DNA from: Mytilus trossulus
Taxonomy: Eukaryota
DNA length: 64,000 nucleotides
Assembly (NCBI RefSeq): GCF_036588685.1
Contig: NC_086385.1
Location: 25,195,216 to 25,259,215, forward strand
Reading direction: 5' to 3'
The notes beneath the pieces are model-generated. The model did no database searches, was not told the origin of the DNA, and saw only the letters and a list, made by a program, of their open reading frames with translations. Positions 1 through 13,930 of this stretch are shown here, one piece after another; position 1 is the first letter of the stretch; each line of letters opens with the position of its first letter. The translations under genes were made by a program, and so were the position numbers.

Positions 1-1701
1 TCATCATCAATTGTATTATAAACTATAATTTTAGAAGCAACATATATCACTGACATCACTAATATATACTGAATTCATACAAAGAGTAAGGAAAGGTCAA
101 TTTCAACTTTGTTGAAATCAAATACAGTGAAACCTGTTTAAACCAAACCTTTATAACATTTGATACAACTGGAATTAAGAACATGACTGTATGGTTAAGA
201 CAGGTTTCAACTTGTGTGCAAGTTCCAGTTTATACGGGTTTCACTATACCATGTTGTCATTATCAAGTACAAACAGTTTACTTACAACAAGAATTTCTGT
301 GCATTTCCTCCTTTCTAACTGGCAGGCTAAATGTAAAGGGGTTTACTCTGAGCTGTTTTGAATGTTGACAGTGATATCATTAGGATCTATTTTTAGAAAC
401 AACTCCATTATTCTGAAGTTATCTCCCTTGAGTAGACTAGTATGCAATGCAGTTGGACCATCCATAGAATTGATAGCACATATATGATTGATGAATCCAT
501 CTGTTATTAAAAAAAAATTATATACTGTAAATTAAGAAATTATTGTGTGCATCTATTATTGCAATGTTTGAAGAATTAATCAAAATAAGGGGATTCTTAC
601 TGCAATTTTACGAAAAAGCTAGGTACAAATATATGTATTTGATATTAGAATGAAAATTATTGGCAATAGCAACAATGAACAGTAGTTTATTAAATCTTTA
701 AACCTATTAAAGTACACTGTCTTACTCCTATTCAGAATTCAAGCGATTTAATTACTATACATGTTGCTTTGGAATAGAAAATCGAAATAGGGGAAAGTCG
801 GCAATTTTGGCCCAAAAAATATCTAGATTTTACTTCAAATATTATGGAAAGAAATGGCGGCCGTAGATTAAGAATGACGATATGGGAGAAAACTCGTAAT
901 GGTCAACTGCAGACGACGCATCTTAGTTCCATCCTTTTCATTCTGGTAAGTTAATATAAAACTTATATATAAAAGTTGTATGCGTATTTAACATTTTTAA
1001 GAGTTAACGCTACCATGTAAGGTATGTGGGATGTTTTTAAAAGACGTAGATAAACGGGAAACGTCAAAATGTAGTACGCGGCAGAAATGAGCTCATTTCG
1101 GTTTGCCGAGGTTTCTAAACCAGAAATCACATACAAAACAGCTCTGTTTTTTTTTTATATTTGGAATACAGTATATACATTAAATACATTAAATAGTCCC
1201 GAAAAAAGGAAATTTTATTCTTATTGCCAGGAGTTGCCGACGAAAAAAAAAACTATGGAACGCCGATAGTGCCAAAAAGGTTACAATCTAATCCAATTTA
1301 ATTCATGGAAAAATGAAGTTGTACCGATAATCAAATACAAAATCGATGCAGAAAAATTGTGTTATGGAGCTACCATTTTTTGTTCATGTTAGTATGGGGG
1401 CTAGGATGAAATAAAAAAAAAATAGGGTGGACAGAATGAGACAATTTAAAAAAAAAAATCAAATGATAAAAAATGAATATTTATTAATCAACTAACAGAG
1501 GGAAAATAATATTCAACAAAAATACCATTATACAATTCAATTGAGAACAGATACTACATCGGAATAATTTATTGGCTATAAGTCAACAAATATCTTTTTT
1601 AATATTGTATTCAAAACAAATCTTATATCATAAAAATAATATGAAAGCAAAATCAAAATAATTGAATCTCATCTTAACAGTTTGATCTTTTTTTTTAGGT
1701 A

Positions 1702-4700
1702 ATGATGGATGCTTGTGTTTTTTGTCGGGTGTCTCTAAAAAATGGTGAAGAAATAACACAACTAAGAGAAAAAGGATGTAACACGGTTAACAGGACCAAC
1801 CAAACCAGAAATGATACAAATGTCACAACTCCAGGACAAAAGGTTCATCAGAAATGTAGACGTGATTACATTAATGCTAACTCAATCAAGAGGGACATGC
1901 GAGAAAAGGATGTATCGATACCCGAGCCAACTCGTGACTTAAAATCTTCTACTCCTGATTTTGAGTTCCAGAAAAACTGTTTATTTTGTGGATATTTTGC
2001 AAAATTTTCAGAGAGCAAAAGGGGAATTGACGTGTTTCCTGTTAGGACAACATATTTTTCTAACACCCTTAGAAACATCTGCAAAGAAAGAAATGATGAA
2101 TGGTCCGAAATCGTTTTGAGGAGGCTCAACATTGCACCATCAGATTTGCACGCGGCAGACGCAATATACCACCAAAACATGTAGTGTTAATTTTAGAACT
2201 GGTAAGCAAATCCCCGTCTCGAAGCAAGCAAACAAAGACGTCAAACGAACGACACCAGGACGACCAAAAGAACATTCATCAGAGAAAGCTTTCCTGCAAA
2301 TAGTTAGACAATTAGAAGAAACACAAGACGAACTTGCATCCGTAAGCGATCTTGTTCAGGCTATGGAAGACATTTGTGGAGATAAAGCGTATAGTGTGGT
2401 GCACATGAAAAAGAGACTGCAGACTTATTTTGAATCCGATATCATCATCACGGAAGTAAACGGAAAGCCCAATATAGTCACATTCAGGAGAACAGCATCA
2501 TCTATACTGAACGAATTTTACAGAAGACCATCATCTAAGAGTCCAGAAAAGGAAAAGCTATCAATGATAGAAACAGCAGCTAAGTTAATAAAAGCTGATA
2601 TTATGAGTCTTAAAGATTCAAAAGCTGTGTATCCGTCTTCTGTGGATATAAACTCAGAGCAAAACATTATATTTGTCCCAGATTCGTTACAAACATTACT
2701 ACGTGCATTATTTAGTCAAAACGACTCTTCTGTTAAAGTTGCATCTGTTGGTCAAGCTATTATTCAGGCTTCCCGACCAAGAACACTTATTGCACCGCTA
2801 CAAATTGCCCTCAGTGTACAAATGCACCATCAATTTGGATCAAGATTTTTATTGGACACTTTGAACACTCTTGGTTTCGCTTCTTCCTACACAGAGGTTC
2901 AACGATTTGAACTTAATGCCGCTGCTGCTGCTGCTCATGACAGAACCAACACACAGTTTGGGAATGGCACTTTCGTTCAGTACATAGCTGATAACGTGGA
3001 CCATAATCTGAGAACTTTAGATGGTCATGGAACATTTCATGGTATGGGCATGATTGCAGCTGTCACTCCGGGATTCAGACTTGACAAAGCTGTCCCTAGG
3101 CTGTCTCCAACACTAAAGGAAGTCTCTGACCTAGCAAAAATTAACATAGAATATTATAAAATGCAATCTAAACAATCGTTACAGGCAGAGTTCGCAACCA
3201 TGCAATATGAGCCAAATATGATCGATACAACGTGGAAGTTAGACCTTCTGTCAAAAGTATGCTGGCCTTTGACATGCAACCGACCAAGTTGGCCAGCAAT
3301 TATGCACAAAGTGATGGACGGTGACTACCCAGGAAAATCATCTGTTGTTTTTTTGCCAATGATAGACATGAATCCTAGTGATCTCACATGTATAAATTCA
3401 ACACTTAACTTCATAGGCAAGCACGCAAAGGCTCAACATTGTGTACCTATTTTGACATTTGATCAACCCCTCTATTGGAAGGCAATGAACATGCTAAAAG
3501 ATGAACAATTGAACAGTCCATTAAAGTCAGTTATCTTGAGACTTGGAGGCTTTCATTTAGAAATGAGTTTTGTAGGCGGCATTGGTCACTTGATGGAAGG
3601 ATCCGGAATTACTGAGCTACTTGAAACAGTGTATGCACCAAATGCAGTAGCTCATATGACTAGCGGAAAGGCTATTGCACGAACAGTAAGAGCACATTTT
3701 TTGATAGATACAGCTCTCACGTCAATAATCTTGTCACACATATACGGCATACCACTTCCAGATGAAATCGAAAATGAGACTGGTACCAATGATATTAATC
3801 CAGCAAATTACATAAATACCGACAATACCGATATTAACGCTGAGGACCTTTCGGATGAGTTGCATGAAGCAGATGCGATGTTGGATGAACTACTGAAAGG
3901 GGACATATCCGTCGAAAAAGCTTGCGACAATGTTTTAATAGATCAAATAAAATCTAGGATAGATAACTTTCGGGAGACACACAAAAGTTTTCGTACTTCA
4001 CAACTATGGTTCCAATATATGGATGTGATAGACATTCTCCGTAGATTCATCAAAGCTGAAAGGACTGGTAACTGGGAACTACATTTACAAACAGTCAAGG
4101 ACATGCTTCCATATCTTGCAGCTTCGGAACACAATCTGTATGTCAAATCATCATGGGTATACTTGCAACAAATGGAGAACTTGAAAACAACCCATCCCGA
4201 AGTATTAGCTTTTCTACAATCAGGCCATCATGTTATCAGGAGGAGTGATACATTCTGGGCCGGTCTTTCTTCCGATTTGGTCATAGAACAGGTTTTAATG
4301 AGAAGCTTAAAGACGACAGGCGGTATGACTCGAGGAAGAGGTATGTCAGAGGGTCAGCGAGCTCAATGGATTTTATCTATGCCAGACTGCGCGGAAATGA
4401 ACAATGCTTTGCAAGAGTTTACTGGAGTCAATTATGGAACAAGTGAACAACATAAAGAAGGTGGAGAGTCAAGGAGATCTAGAGACTGCGAAGATTTGAA
4501 AACATTTTTATCGTTTCTTATTAGCAGAAGTCCATTTGTAGAGGAAACGAGTTTGCGAAACATAGAAACAGGGGTCTCGGCGGACAAATTTGTCAATGTT
4601 GATAATTCGAAGGAATTAGGCATTAAAATACTGAAGTTCATGGACGAAAAAAAAATAGATGAATTTTCATTTAAAAGGAAAGAACAGGCCACTATCTTAA

Positions 4701-6125
4701 GTGCAAAATCGGCTATCAAAGTTGATGATGATGTCATTATTGTTGATTCACAGCTTCTCTTCCAGCGCTTTCTTGCTGCATCAAATGGTATATATAAAGA
4801 GCAGTCCGAAATATTCACCTATGAACTCTGTAGTCATCCCAGCTCAATGTTTGATCCAAATGGTCTCATGCGAACAGCACAAAAGTCTAGTCTTGCGGAT
4901 GCTATTTGGGGAAAGGGCGATTGTTGCGCATTTGAAATGAGCGAAAACGACGAAACTCAGTATGTTTTTGATGGCGGCTCTCTTCTCCATCGTATACCCT
5001 GGCAAAGCGGACTTTCTTTCGGTGAAATTTGTCAAAGGTACATTGACAGCGTAGAACGGAAATACAGTAAAGCTATAGTTGTATTTGATGGATATGCTTC
5101 GGGTCCAGATACTAAAGATGCCACTCACCAGCGGCGCACCAAAGGAATCATAGGCACAAAAGTTACATTCACAGATAGAACTCCTTTCAAATCTAAAAAA
5201 AGAAATGTTTCTGGCAAACATTGAGAATAAGCAGAACTTTATAAACCTCCTGAGTGCAAAGATGGTAGATAAGGGAATCAAAACAAAACATGCAGATGCC
5301 GATGCTGATGTATTGATAGCCCTTACTGCCATCGAATCAGCGAAAACAAAACCAACTGTTTTACTTGAAGAGGACACTGATCTTCTGGTACTACTCCTTC
5401 ATCATGCGGACGTAACATCAAATTCGCTGATATTCAAATTCGGCAATGTGTCAAAAGTAAACACACATATTAAGATATGGGATATTTTGAAGACAAAATT
5501 GCTGCTTGGTGAGGAGATTTGTACATTGTTATCTCTAATTCATGCTATCAGTGGTTGTGACACAACTTCAAGAATGTTCGGTATCAGTAAGGCAGCGACC
5601 CTAAAGAAATTTGGAGAACATGACTTTCTCAAGACTCAGGCACAGTTACTATGCAATGCTAACGCAAAGGATGATGTTATTTCTGCTGGTGAAAACATTA
5701 TTTCCTCTTTATATAATGGTGCTCCATATGAAGGACTGAATGTTCTTCGCTACAGGAAGTTTGCTGCAAGAGTATTGACAAACAAAACATGCGTTCAAAT
5801 TCATACTTTGCCGCCAACATCAAATGCGGCTTCATTTCATAGCCAGAGGGCTTATCTTCAAATGAAAATGTGGATGAACAAGGACAATCTAAATCCGTGT
5901 GAATGGGGTTGGAAAGTCGCTAATGGAAACCTTGTTCCAGTTAAGTCTACAATGGACTCAGCTCCATGTAAATTGCTGAACATTATTCGATGCAATTGTA
6001 AGACAAACTGTGACACCAAAAGATGTACTTGTAGAAAAAACGGACTTGAATGTTCAGTAGCTTGTGGCAAAAGTAAAGGAACTGGTCGTACAAATTCGTG
6101 CAAAACAGTTGATATGGACGATTAA
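1702..6125 (+). CDS. Academ transposase-XPG/PIN nuclease-Cys-rich (CXC) protein, about 1470 aa, broken by two +1 frameshifts (near 2175 and 5200)
   Basis: ORFs 1702-2184, 2132-5224 and 5205-6125 join into one protein if one A is removed from each of CAAAACATG and TCTAAAAAAAGAAATG. Transposase motifs: ADNVDHN..TLDGHGTFHGMG, TFDQPLYWKA, RLGGFH, DLVIEQ.LMR..K..GG. PIN/XPG motifs: VFDGGSLLH, VVFDGY, DADVLI, EDTDLLVLL, HAISGCDTTS. C-terminus CNCKTNCDTKRCTCRKNGLECSVAC. Probable 5'-UTR intron 946-1698. Confidence 0.85.
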
Positions 6126-6404
6126 ATGACAATCAACTTCTAAAGATTTATGTAGAATACGCAAAAACATAATAAGCATAATTAAGGGCTTTCGGTAAAA
6201 CAATTGCATGGTTTTGTTATCATAATTTATAAAGTAAATATTTTGGTTTTAAAAAAAAGTATCATACCGGTCAATCGTTTTTTATTGTTGTTATAAGATC
6301 TATTGAATTTACGAATTGGTCATTATTTGATCGATCTAAACACTTAACATATATATTTGAATTAATTTGAAGACTCATAATATAATTAGATTTTTATTCA
6401 GAAA

Positions 6405-6975
6405 ACATAAATTCCCAGTTTTTATCAAAAATACTACATTTTCACCAAACTTTTTACTTCCTATACTTCAAAAGTCATCATAGTTTAATATGTTTTATCA
6501 TTGTTATAAGATGTATTGACTTGATTAAAAATTATGTACGTTGCTATTTTCGTTTCTTAGTTATAACAAATTTCCGTTTTTCGGCGATTTTTCATCAAAA
6601 TCCAAGGTTTTCACCCATTATTTTCAATTTCCTGATCTTTGTAGTTCATCAACTTTTAAATCAATCATAACTGTAATATGATCTATTGACTTCTTAAAAA
6701 TTGTGTCCGTTGCTATTTTTTATTTTTATTCACGGCAAATTTCCAGTTTTCGGCGATTTTTCATAAAATTTCAAGGTTTTCGCCCAAAATTTTCAATTTC
6801 CTGATCTTTGCAGTTCATCAACGTTTAAATAAATCATTACTGTAATAATACCTATTGACTTCATTAAAAATTATGCAAGTTGCTATTTTTGTTTTTGAGT
6901 TACGGCAAATTACCAGTTTTCAGCGATTTTTCACCAAAAATCAAGGTTTTTCACCCAAAATTAACAATTTCCCTT
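6405..6975. repeat. Subterminal tandem repeat of the Academ element, about 169-bp period, about 3.5 copies
   Basis: AAATTTCCAGTTTTCGGCGATTTTTCA...CAAGGTTTTCACCC recurs near 6410 (degenerate), 6568, 6737 and 6907. Confidence 0.75.
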
Positions 6976-9900
6976 CATCTAAACATTCTCGATTTTTTTT
7001 ATGTTCAACAGTACACCTAAATCAGCTTGAAAAAATAGAAGAACATTCTGTTGCAATTAGTTTGAGGTTTGGTCATATTTTGGCTAGAATGACTGGACTA
7101 TTAGTAAAAATTCTATATTAAATTTTATGCAAAATCAAGTTTGTATCAAGTTAAAGAAAAGATTTTGCTACAAAAATTGGAAATTGAAATGACATCTAGT
7201 TACTGGTTATTTAATAGCTATATATATATAGTTGAGAATATAGGAATAAACAAACAAAGAGACACCACAATTTCTAATTGAGGGACATCAAAATATGATC
7301 GTTTTTCCTTATTCCTTTTACAAAAATCAATTTTCTCAATCGAATTGTTTAAAATTTTCTCTAGTTGAATTGTTTGAATATACTGTATATATGGTATGAG
7401 TTTTGCTTATTTCTAAATATTTTGGTCTCTGGTAGATAGTTGTCTTAATGGCACTACTACTACTATATCTTATTTTTATACTTGACATAGTTGTAATGAT
7501 TTCTACAAGGGTTTAATAAGCTCAGTTGTAAATTTTTTGGTAGAGACATTATTTTCAACATTCTTTTCTATCATTATTTTATTTTTCCAAAACGGACATT
7601 TTTTATTCATAGCTTTACTAAATTAAAAAAATATCTTAATGTTGTAGATAAATCATGCAAGTTGACCATGTGACTGGTTTAAGCCAGTAAAATGTTAGAG
7701 GCAATGGTATTTTTAAACTCTTTACACTACCATGATATATGGATAGTCCTAATTGTCGACCGATATCTTGTAGTAAAGACTCAACTTTTCTGTTTTCTGT
7801 CACATCAGATCTACAATTTTAAGTCATGATAAAAATAGATAAAGGGTATCAATAGCAACGATCCAAAGGGAGCAGAGCAAAAGCAGATCATCTTATACAG
7901 AAGTAAAATAGACAAAAGTGGATTTCAAAACAATTATTTTCACTGAAGCATTTATTGGAAATTTTATTAGAGTACATAATCAATGCATTTGTCACACTTC
8001 TCATTAAGTTTTTCTTCTTTTTTGTTGAGTGTTTTTTAAGGTCACTTTATATTCAGATTTTCTGTATAAGAAAATTATCCTTGGTAAGGAAAAAAATATG
8101 AGGATTAAATGATTTATTGTATATGTTGAATGCCAACTTTCAGCACAAATCTGGCTTTATCGGCTTTATTGTTGGTTGTCCAAAACAATTTCCAAAATAT
8201 ATATTTCTTGTTTTTATATTGGGTTTCCCGTTTGAATGGTTTTACACTAGTAATTTTTGGGGCCCTTGATAGCTTGCTGTTCAGTGTGAGCCAAGGCTCC
8301 TTCTTGAAGACAGTACCTTGAACTATAATGGTTTACTTTTATAAACCGTGACTTTGATAGAGAGTTGTCTCATTGGCACTCATACCACATCTTCCTATAT
8401 CTATATTTGTAACATTCAGAAGAATGGTCAATATTGAAAGAACATTCTTATAACTAACAGCAAAGCTAACCCCACTTTACCCCCAGAGACATAAATCTAT
8501 ATGCAAGCTCAGTACAAGAGAAACTTTCTTACCTCGTTCCGGGAGATTTTCTAATAACTGGACAATAGGTACAATGAGGTTCACCTACAACAAATAAAAC
8601 AAAGTACTTTATGTTATGAAACTATAAAGTTAACAATAATACATGCTTCCAACAATATTTATATTCTATTCTTATTTTATTCATTGATTCAGTATACCAT
8701 CATTTTAATACATTAGATATTTTTCTACCTTCAAAGTTGAAAAAGAAATTAACCTGAGTCATTGATAGCAAAATATGAGACTTTATGTTGATGCAGCTTT
8801 TTATTTTTTATTTTAAACATGAAATTGAATGAAAATGTCAGTTTTATAGTTTTATTACCTACCTTCCTGACTACCAGTTCTTACAGAGTCAGTATCCAGA
8901 ACACCAGAATCATTATCTGAGTTGTCCTCTCTGAAAAGATAAATCCATTTTTTTTTCTGATATGTAATTGGTTTTCCCCTATTTTCAATTAACTACTTAA
9001 ATACAAGTTATCATCAGTGTAAAGTGATCTCAAGTTAAATTAATTCTTGAAAATAACATATGACTTGTTAAAAAAGAAATGTGAGTTTCTCTTTAACTAA
9101 CATATTCAATAAGTATATTATTTTACAATCTTAACAGATACCGAGGTTTCAAATCCTCAATCAAATTTACCCTAGAATTTCTTTTTCATTCGATACAATG
9201 CTTTATCTTATTATAACATATTATCCATTTTTTTATCTACAATGATTGTTTATTTCTTTTACAAAGATAATGAAATGTACAATTATATTACAAGAGGCGG
9301 CTATTATCTTTCGCAAATGATTGTGGGTAAGTAGCAGACTGTAACAGGAACAGACTTACATGAACATTGCCAACTTTACATGCTACCATTAGTTGAGTGT
9401 TACCATCATGATCTCTAATGTTATGATCAAACCCTGGTTGTAAATAAAAATTACATCAACATCAGCTTTATTTTATTTATATATAATAAGGCCGGTAAAA
9501 TCGTAGTTAATATAGCCATCAAGTTTAATCCTAGTAAAATAAATTTACAAATGTAAGAATAATAACTCTTTTTCTGCTATATATTCGTTATAAATACAAT
9601 GTACATGTGATCCTGTTATTTGTTTACAAGTTCGATTTCAAAAATCCGAACATGATTGATTTCCCAAACTTTATACCAACCAATTCAAAACGTCCTAGAC
9701 TACCACCATTACACATACATCATGTAAGTCACTTTTTACAAATTGTAACTTGGATTGAGAAATGTCTCATTTGCACTCTTATCACATCTTTTTATATCTA
9801 TATATCCAAGCTATATAATGAATAAAGCTTCAGTCAAATCATTGTCAATTGTTTTTTAAAAAAAACTTGCAATTCACCAATAATTTAAAAGTAAACTGGC

Positions 9901-11211
9901 CATAAAATTAGTTTGTTCTTAAATTATTCTCACCACCCAAGCTTTTTTCTAGTTTTTTTAAATTTGGTTTTGAGTCTTTTTCTATCAAACTCAAAATCAG
10001 ATCTGTATGTCTCTGTCTTTGTGATAAAATTGCACTTCAAACACCTTCATATTCTGGTCAGAAAATAGATTTCCATTGGAATCGAGAAGAGCTGTTGTTG
10101 ATCCATGAGTCAATAAACATTTGATAGGTTTCAAAAAACCTGGAGAGAAAAAAGCAACTTGTACAAAAAAAGGCATTCATTTCGAATTATTTAAAACATT
10201 TTTGGAGATTTGATTTTTTTAAAGTAAAAAAGATAGTCATTAGCTTGGAAATTGATATCACACATTTGCAAAAGACACTTTATTGTGAAATATGCTAGGC
10301 TGTCAGGCTAACTTACACGAAAAAGAAAATAATCAGTCCTATTAAATCACCGTTACAAGTCTTGATTTAAAAATGCAGGGATTTAATGACATTTGAAACT
10401 ATCAGAAGAAACCAGCATATCAATGTTTAATTAATTTAGAATTTATAATCAATGTAATTTTTTCAGTTTGAATTTCATTTCTCATTGCTGAAAGTAACAT
10501 AATCCATTCTGTAGAAATTTGTAATTTTATATCATAAAAGTTTCGGACTGTGCATGCCAAAAATCCTTCTAAAATAATTCAAAACAAAACAGATAGCAAA
10601 TGTCATGTTATATAGGCTATAAAACTAATGACACATATGTGTTTATGTTGTGACTTCTTATATGACTTTGATTTTGATTAAAATGACACCAACGTTCATG
10701 CCCTCAAAACATTTCTAGAATATTCAATTACTGTACAAGGCTCTTTTTTTTAAACAATCAATTATTAGTCTTATTGGCAAAAATAAAATATATAATCACT
10801 TGAAAATAGCCTGAGGGTTAGAAAGATATCTCCATATAAAGGCTCATAACAAATTATTGATGGCCTTTACCTTTTTCTGGTACTAACTGTTGAGCTGTTT
10901 TGTCAGAACCATTTAAAGCGCTTTTTTATATTGGCTCCTGTCTGAAATAGCAGATTGGTATTGTACTGAAGTTTAGATGTACTTAATAATAGTCTTCTGC
11001 TAGTTAAAATGACAATGCAAAATAAATAATTAAAAATTGCAAATGAAAAAGTTTAGATCAATATTTCAATAAAACCGAAGCTCAGTGATGATAATATACA
11101 TGTTCAGCGAGCCTTATAAAATTTGAATTATCTTCAAACAGGACGTGACTATCTAGCATATCTGAAAATCGCATACATGGTACAGTTCAATAAAGTTTTT
11201 CATTTCAAAAT

Positions 11212-13030
11212 ACATAAAAAGTAAAATCACAAAAATACTGAATTTAGAGGAAAATCAATTCGGAAAGTCCATAATCACATGGCAAACGAATGGACAAGAA
11301 CTGTCATATTACTGACTTGGTACAGGCGTTTTCAAATGTAGAAAATGGTGGATTAAACCTGGTTTTATAGCGCTAACCCTCTCACTTTGATGACAGTCTC
11401 ATCAATTTCCGTTATATTTACATTGATGCGTTAACTAAACAGACACAATAAATAAAATAGTAGGAATATGGGTACATCAGTCATCATCGTATAACAATTT
11501 TAGAAGGAACAATTAAACAGAACACAAACAAATATCTACAAACACATTCATTGATGTGTGTGTCGGACGTCAGAAAATGTTATACGTCACATAGATTTGT
11601 CGTTCAATGTGCATACACACAATTTTAAAATTTACCTAGGTAATGTTAGCATACAGGGTTAAAAAATCAAAAGTATGTAAGAATACATTTCAGAAATAGA
11701 CCGAGATTTAAACTAGTCCAAAAGTTATCTATAGAATTAATAAGAATCCACAAATAGTTAATTCCACTACGCGATTGAATGATTTTGACGTTTGTGGTTC
11801 AACGTATATTGTAATTCATAATAGAAATATATCATAATGACATAAAATAGAACAATATCATACTGACGGGATATTTTAAAGTACAGAGTCACGTTATCAG
11901 AACCAAAGAAATACAAAAAGTCGCATATACAAAACACACCACCAAAAAATGAAAGACAATACAAACACATTGACGAGATGTATAAGTATCGAGCCAAGTC
12001 AAACGAATATCACATAACACCATTCAACAGTAAAAGTAATAATAACAATAGAACAAAGACAAATGAAAGAACTATAAAACACGTTGTTAAGATGATAAAC
12101 AACATCAGTCCGCAGAATTTATACATCAAGACCATCGTGTATTATTTGTGAAGTTGATACGGAATATTTATCAACAAGGTCTTGGTACCTTCCGATGAAC
12201 ATTTTTTGAAAAAGGACGAGACGTTCTTTGACATACCCCTGGTTCATCAACTTTCTACTCAGACACTGATGACGTTTTACAAAGTCTGAGTAGGAGCTGC
12301 AAGCTCTTGAATATCGAATAATTTGAGAAATATATATCCCATATGCAGGTGAAGTTGGTATATTGCTACTAAGGTGGGGGAAATTTATAATTTTAAATTT
12401 AAAATCGTCTCGTTTGTCATAGATTCTGGTACTGAGATGACTGTGCAAGTCAAATTCAAGATATAAGTCTAAAAATGAAGCGGATGAAACCGTGTCTGTT
12501 GTTTCTTTAATATCTAGTTCTGGGGGATATATTAATGGAACCCAATCAGAAAAGTTCGAATTGTTTATGGAAAGAACATCATCAATATATCTGAAAGTGA
12601 AATTAAATAATCTGGCTTCTTTGAACCTCTTGTCTTTGACAAGTGTCTGGAAGAACTCCGATTTATATGAAAATAAGAAGAGGTCGGCAAGAAGAGGCGC
12701 ACAGTTTGTTCCCATAGGAATGCCGACAATTTGTTTGAAAAGTCTACCTCCAAACTCAACAAATATGTTGTCGATAAGAAACTCCAGCATACTGACCACT
12801 TGTTCTTCTGTGTAGCATGTTTTACCTTTTTGTTTGTCACTATTAACAAAATATGCCTTATGAAATCCCAAAGTAATAAATTTATAGCGTATGCTGCCAT
12901 TTTTATGTTGAAAGCATTGTGGATTATTTCTTTTAGGCGATTTTTCAATTTCACATGGGGAATGGTGGTAATGACAATAACTTGGTTCAAACCCACGAAT
13001 AGTGTACTCGTGAAATTTTTTCATTCAACA
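11212..13030 (-). mobile_element. 5'-truncated Penelope-like retroelement (Naiad-type RT) with long 3' UTR
   Basis: ORF 12119-13024 has GIPMGTNCAPLLADLFL, FRYIDDVLSIN, SASFLDL, YDKRDDF..INFPHLSSNIPTSPAYGIYISQIIRYSRAC and no C-terminal GIY-YIG. The upstream part (IPHVKLKNRLKEII) is in another frame, indicating a frameshift. Confidence 0.85.
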
Positions 13031-13254
13031 TAAAATTTTAAAGACTTAGGCCGTGTTCACACCAAACGCCGTGTACATGTTTACAATTAGTTTAAAGTAA
13101 TGGACACTGGTTTCACATTAAATTTGTTCACATCTATACACCTTGTTTAATTACCTGTACATAAGATTTGTTCACACTTGTAAACTAAATGTCATTTAAA
13201 TGTTCATTACGTAGAACCGAATGCAAAGTTTTCGGACAAATTTTCTAGCAGTAA

Positions 13255-13481
13255 GGGAATGACCATTTGACTTCAAAAAGGGGGATGGAAATAATCTGAT
13301 CCCCAATTGGATAAAAATAATCTGATCATACACTCGGATGATAAAAATATTTTGAATCAAGAGTTTCCCCATACATTATAGTGTTAAATATTGAGATTTT
13401 TTTTTAAACGTTCGCGCGGAAAAAAAATCTGATTCAGTTATCAACCCCACCCCCCTATTTTGAAGTTAAGTGGTTGCTCCT
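13255..13481. mobile_element. Short MITE inside the Harbinger-type element
   Basis: Imperfect TIR GGGAATGACCATTTGACTTCAAAA / TTTTGAAGTTAAGTGGTTGCTCCT flanked by TAA/TTA. Confidence 0.55.
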
Positions 13482-13930
13482 TTATGAAAGCCATTTTGAT
13501 GATTTACAGTAGTTTAAATAAACTAAAGATGTCTCGATTGCGCATTAGAAAACGTAGGCAGCAGCAGCGTGCTTAACGAAAAAAAGGATTGAGATATCAG
13601 GGATCACTACATTTTTATCTTTTCTATTTGTTTCAAATGACATTTCTTCTCCAAGGATCGTTCTGAATAAGCATGAAATATTTGCCACTGGACGCTAAGC
13701 AACCAACAATCAATCTTCTCCAAGGAGTATTTGGCGAAGGGAAAGAGTACTGTTTTATTTTTTTATTTAAAGGTTATTTAACGGATCTGAGATACTAGAC
13801 AAACATATCATTTGCCTCACACTTTTTTTTAGTAATGCATTTATGCGTGATCCTTTTTTTAAGTAAAAACCAGTGGAGAATATTTCTATGTACGTCAAGT
13901 CGATTCGGGAAGACCTTTTCAAATGAATTA

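Larger units (their letters stand above)
700..7100 (+). mobile_element. Academ (AcademX-type) DNA transposon; right end intact, left TIR not found
   Basis: Encodes an Academ-type protein. Right terminus ...GGCTAGAATGACTGGACTA ends in CTA at 7100 (Academ termini TAG...CTA). No matching TAGTCCAGTC left end in 1-1700, so the left boundary is approximate. Sits in an intron of the ankyrin pseudogene. Confidence 0.8.
286..10941 (-). pseudogene. Multi-exon ankyrin-repeat protein gene, disabled (exons 10871-10941, 9934-10139, 9360-9437, 8863-8930, 8533-8584, 7731-7810, 286-500); continues beyond the left edge
   Basis: Manual splicing gives ankyrin motifs: TGANI/ALNGSDKTAQQLVPEKG-FLKPIKCLLTHGSTTALLDSNG, FDHNIRDHDGNTQLMVACKVGNVH, DGPTALHTSLLKG...VNIQNSSE*TPLHLACQLERRKCTEILV. 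GT-AG boundaries with matching phases link 8930>8584>7810>500. Lesions: TAA at 343-345, frameshift in 10871-10941, frameshifts and a stop in 9934-10139, acceptor AG replaced by AA at 9438-9439. The 9360>8930 junction is out of phase, so an exon may be missing. Confidence 0.8.

Noticed and set aside
1194-1210. Left TIR of the Academ element (TAGTCCC)
   Set aside because: Matches the right end for only 6 bp, has no TSD, and lies inside the putative 5'-UTR intron.
1866-6103. Antisense and alternate-frame ORFs overlapping the Academ gene
   Set aside because: Shadow ORFs of a long coding region with no recognisable motifs.
11212-12118. SECIS in the 3' UTR of the first Penelope element
   Set aside because: No AUGA-helix-AA-GA arrangement found by eye.
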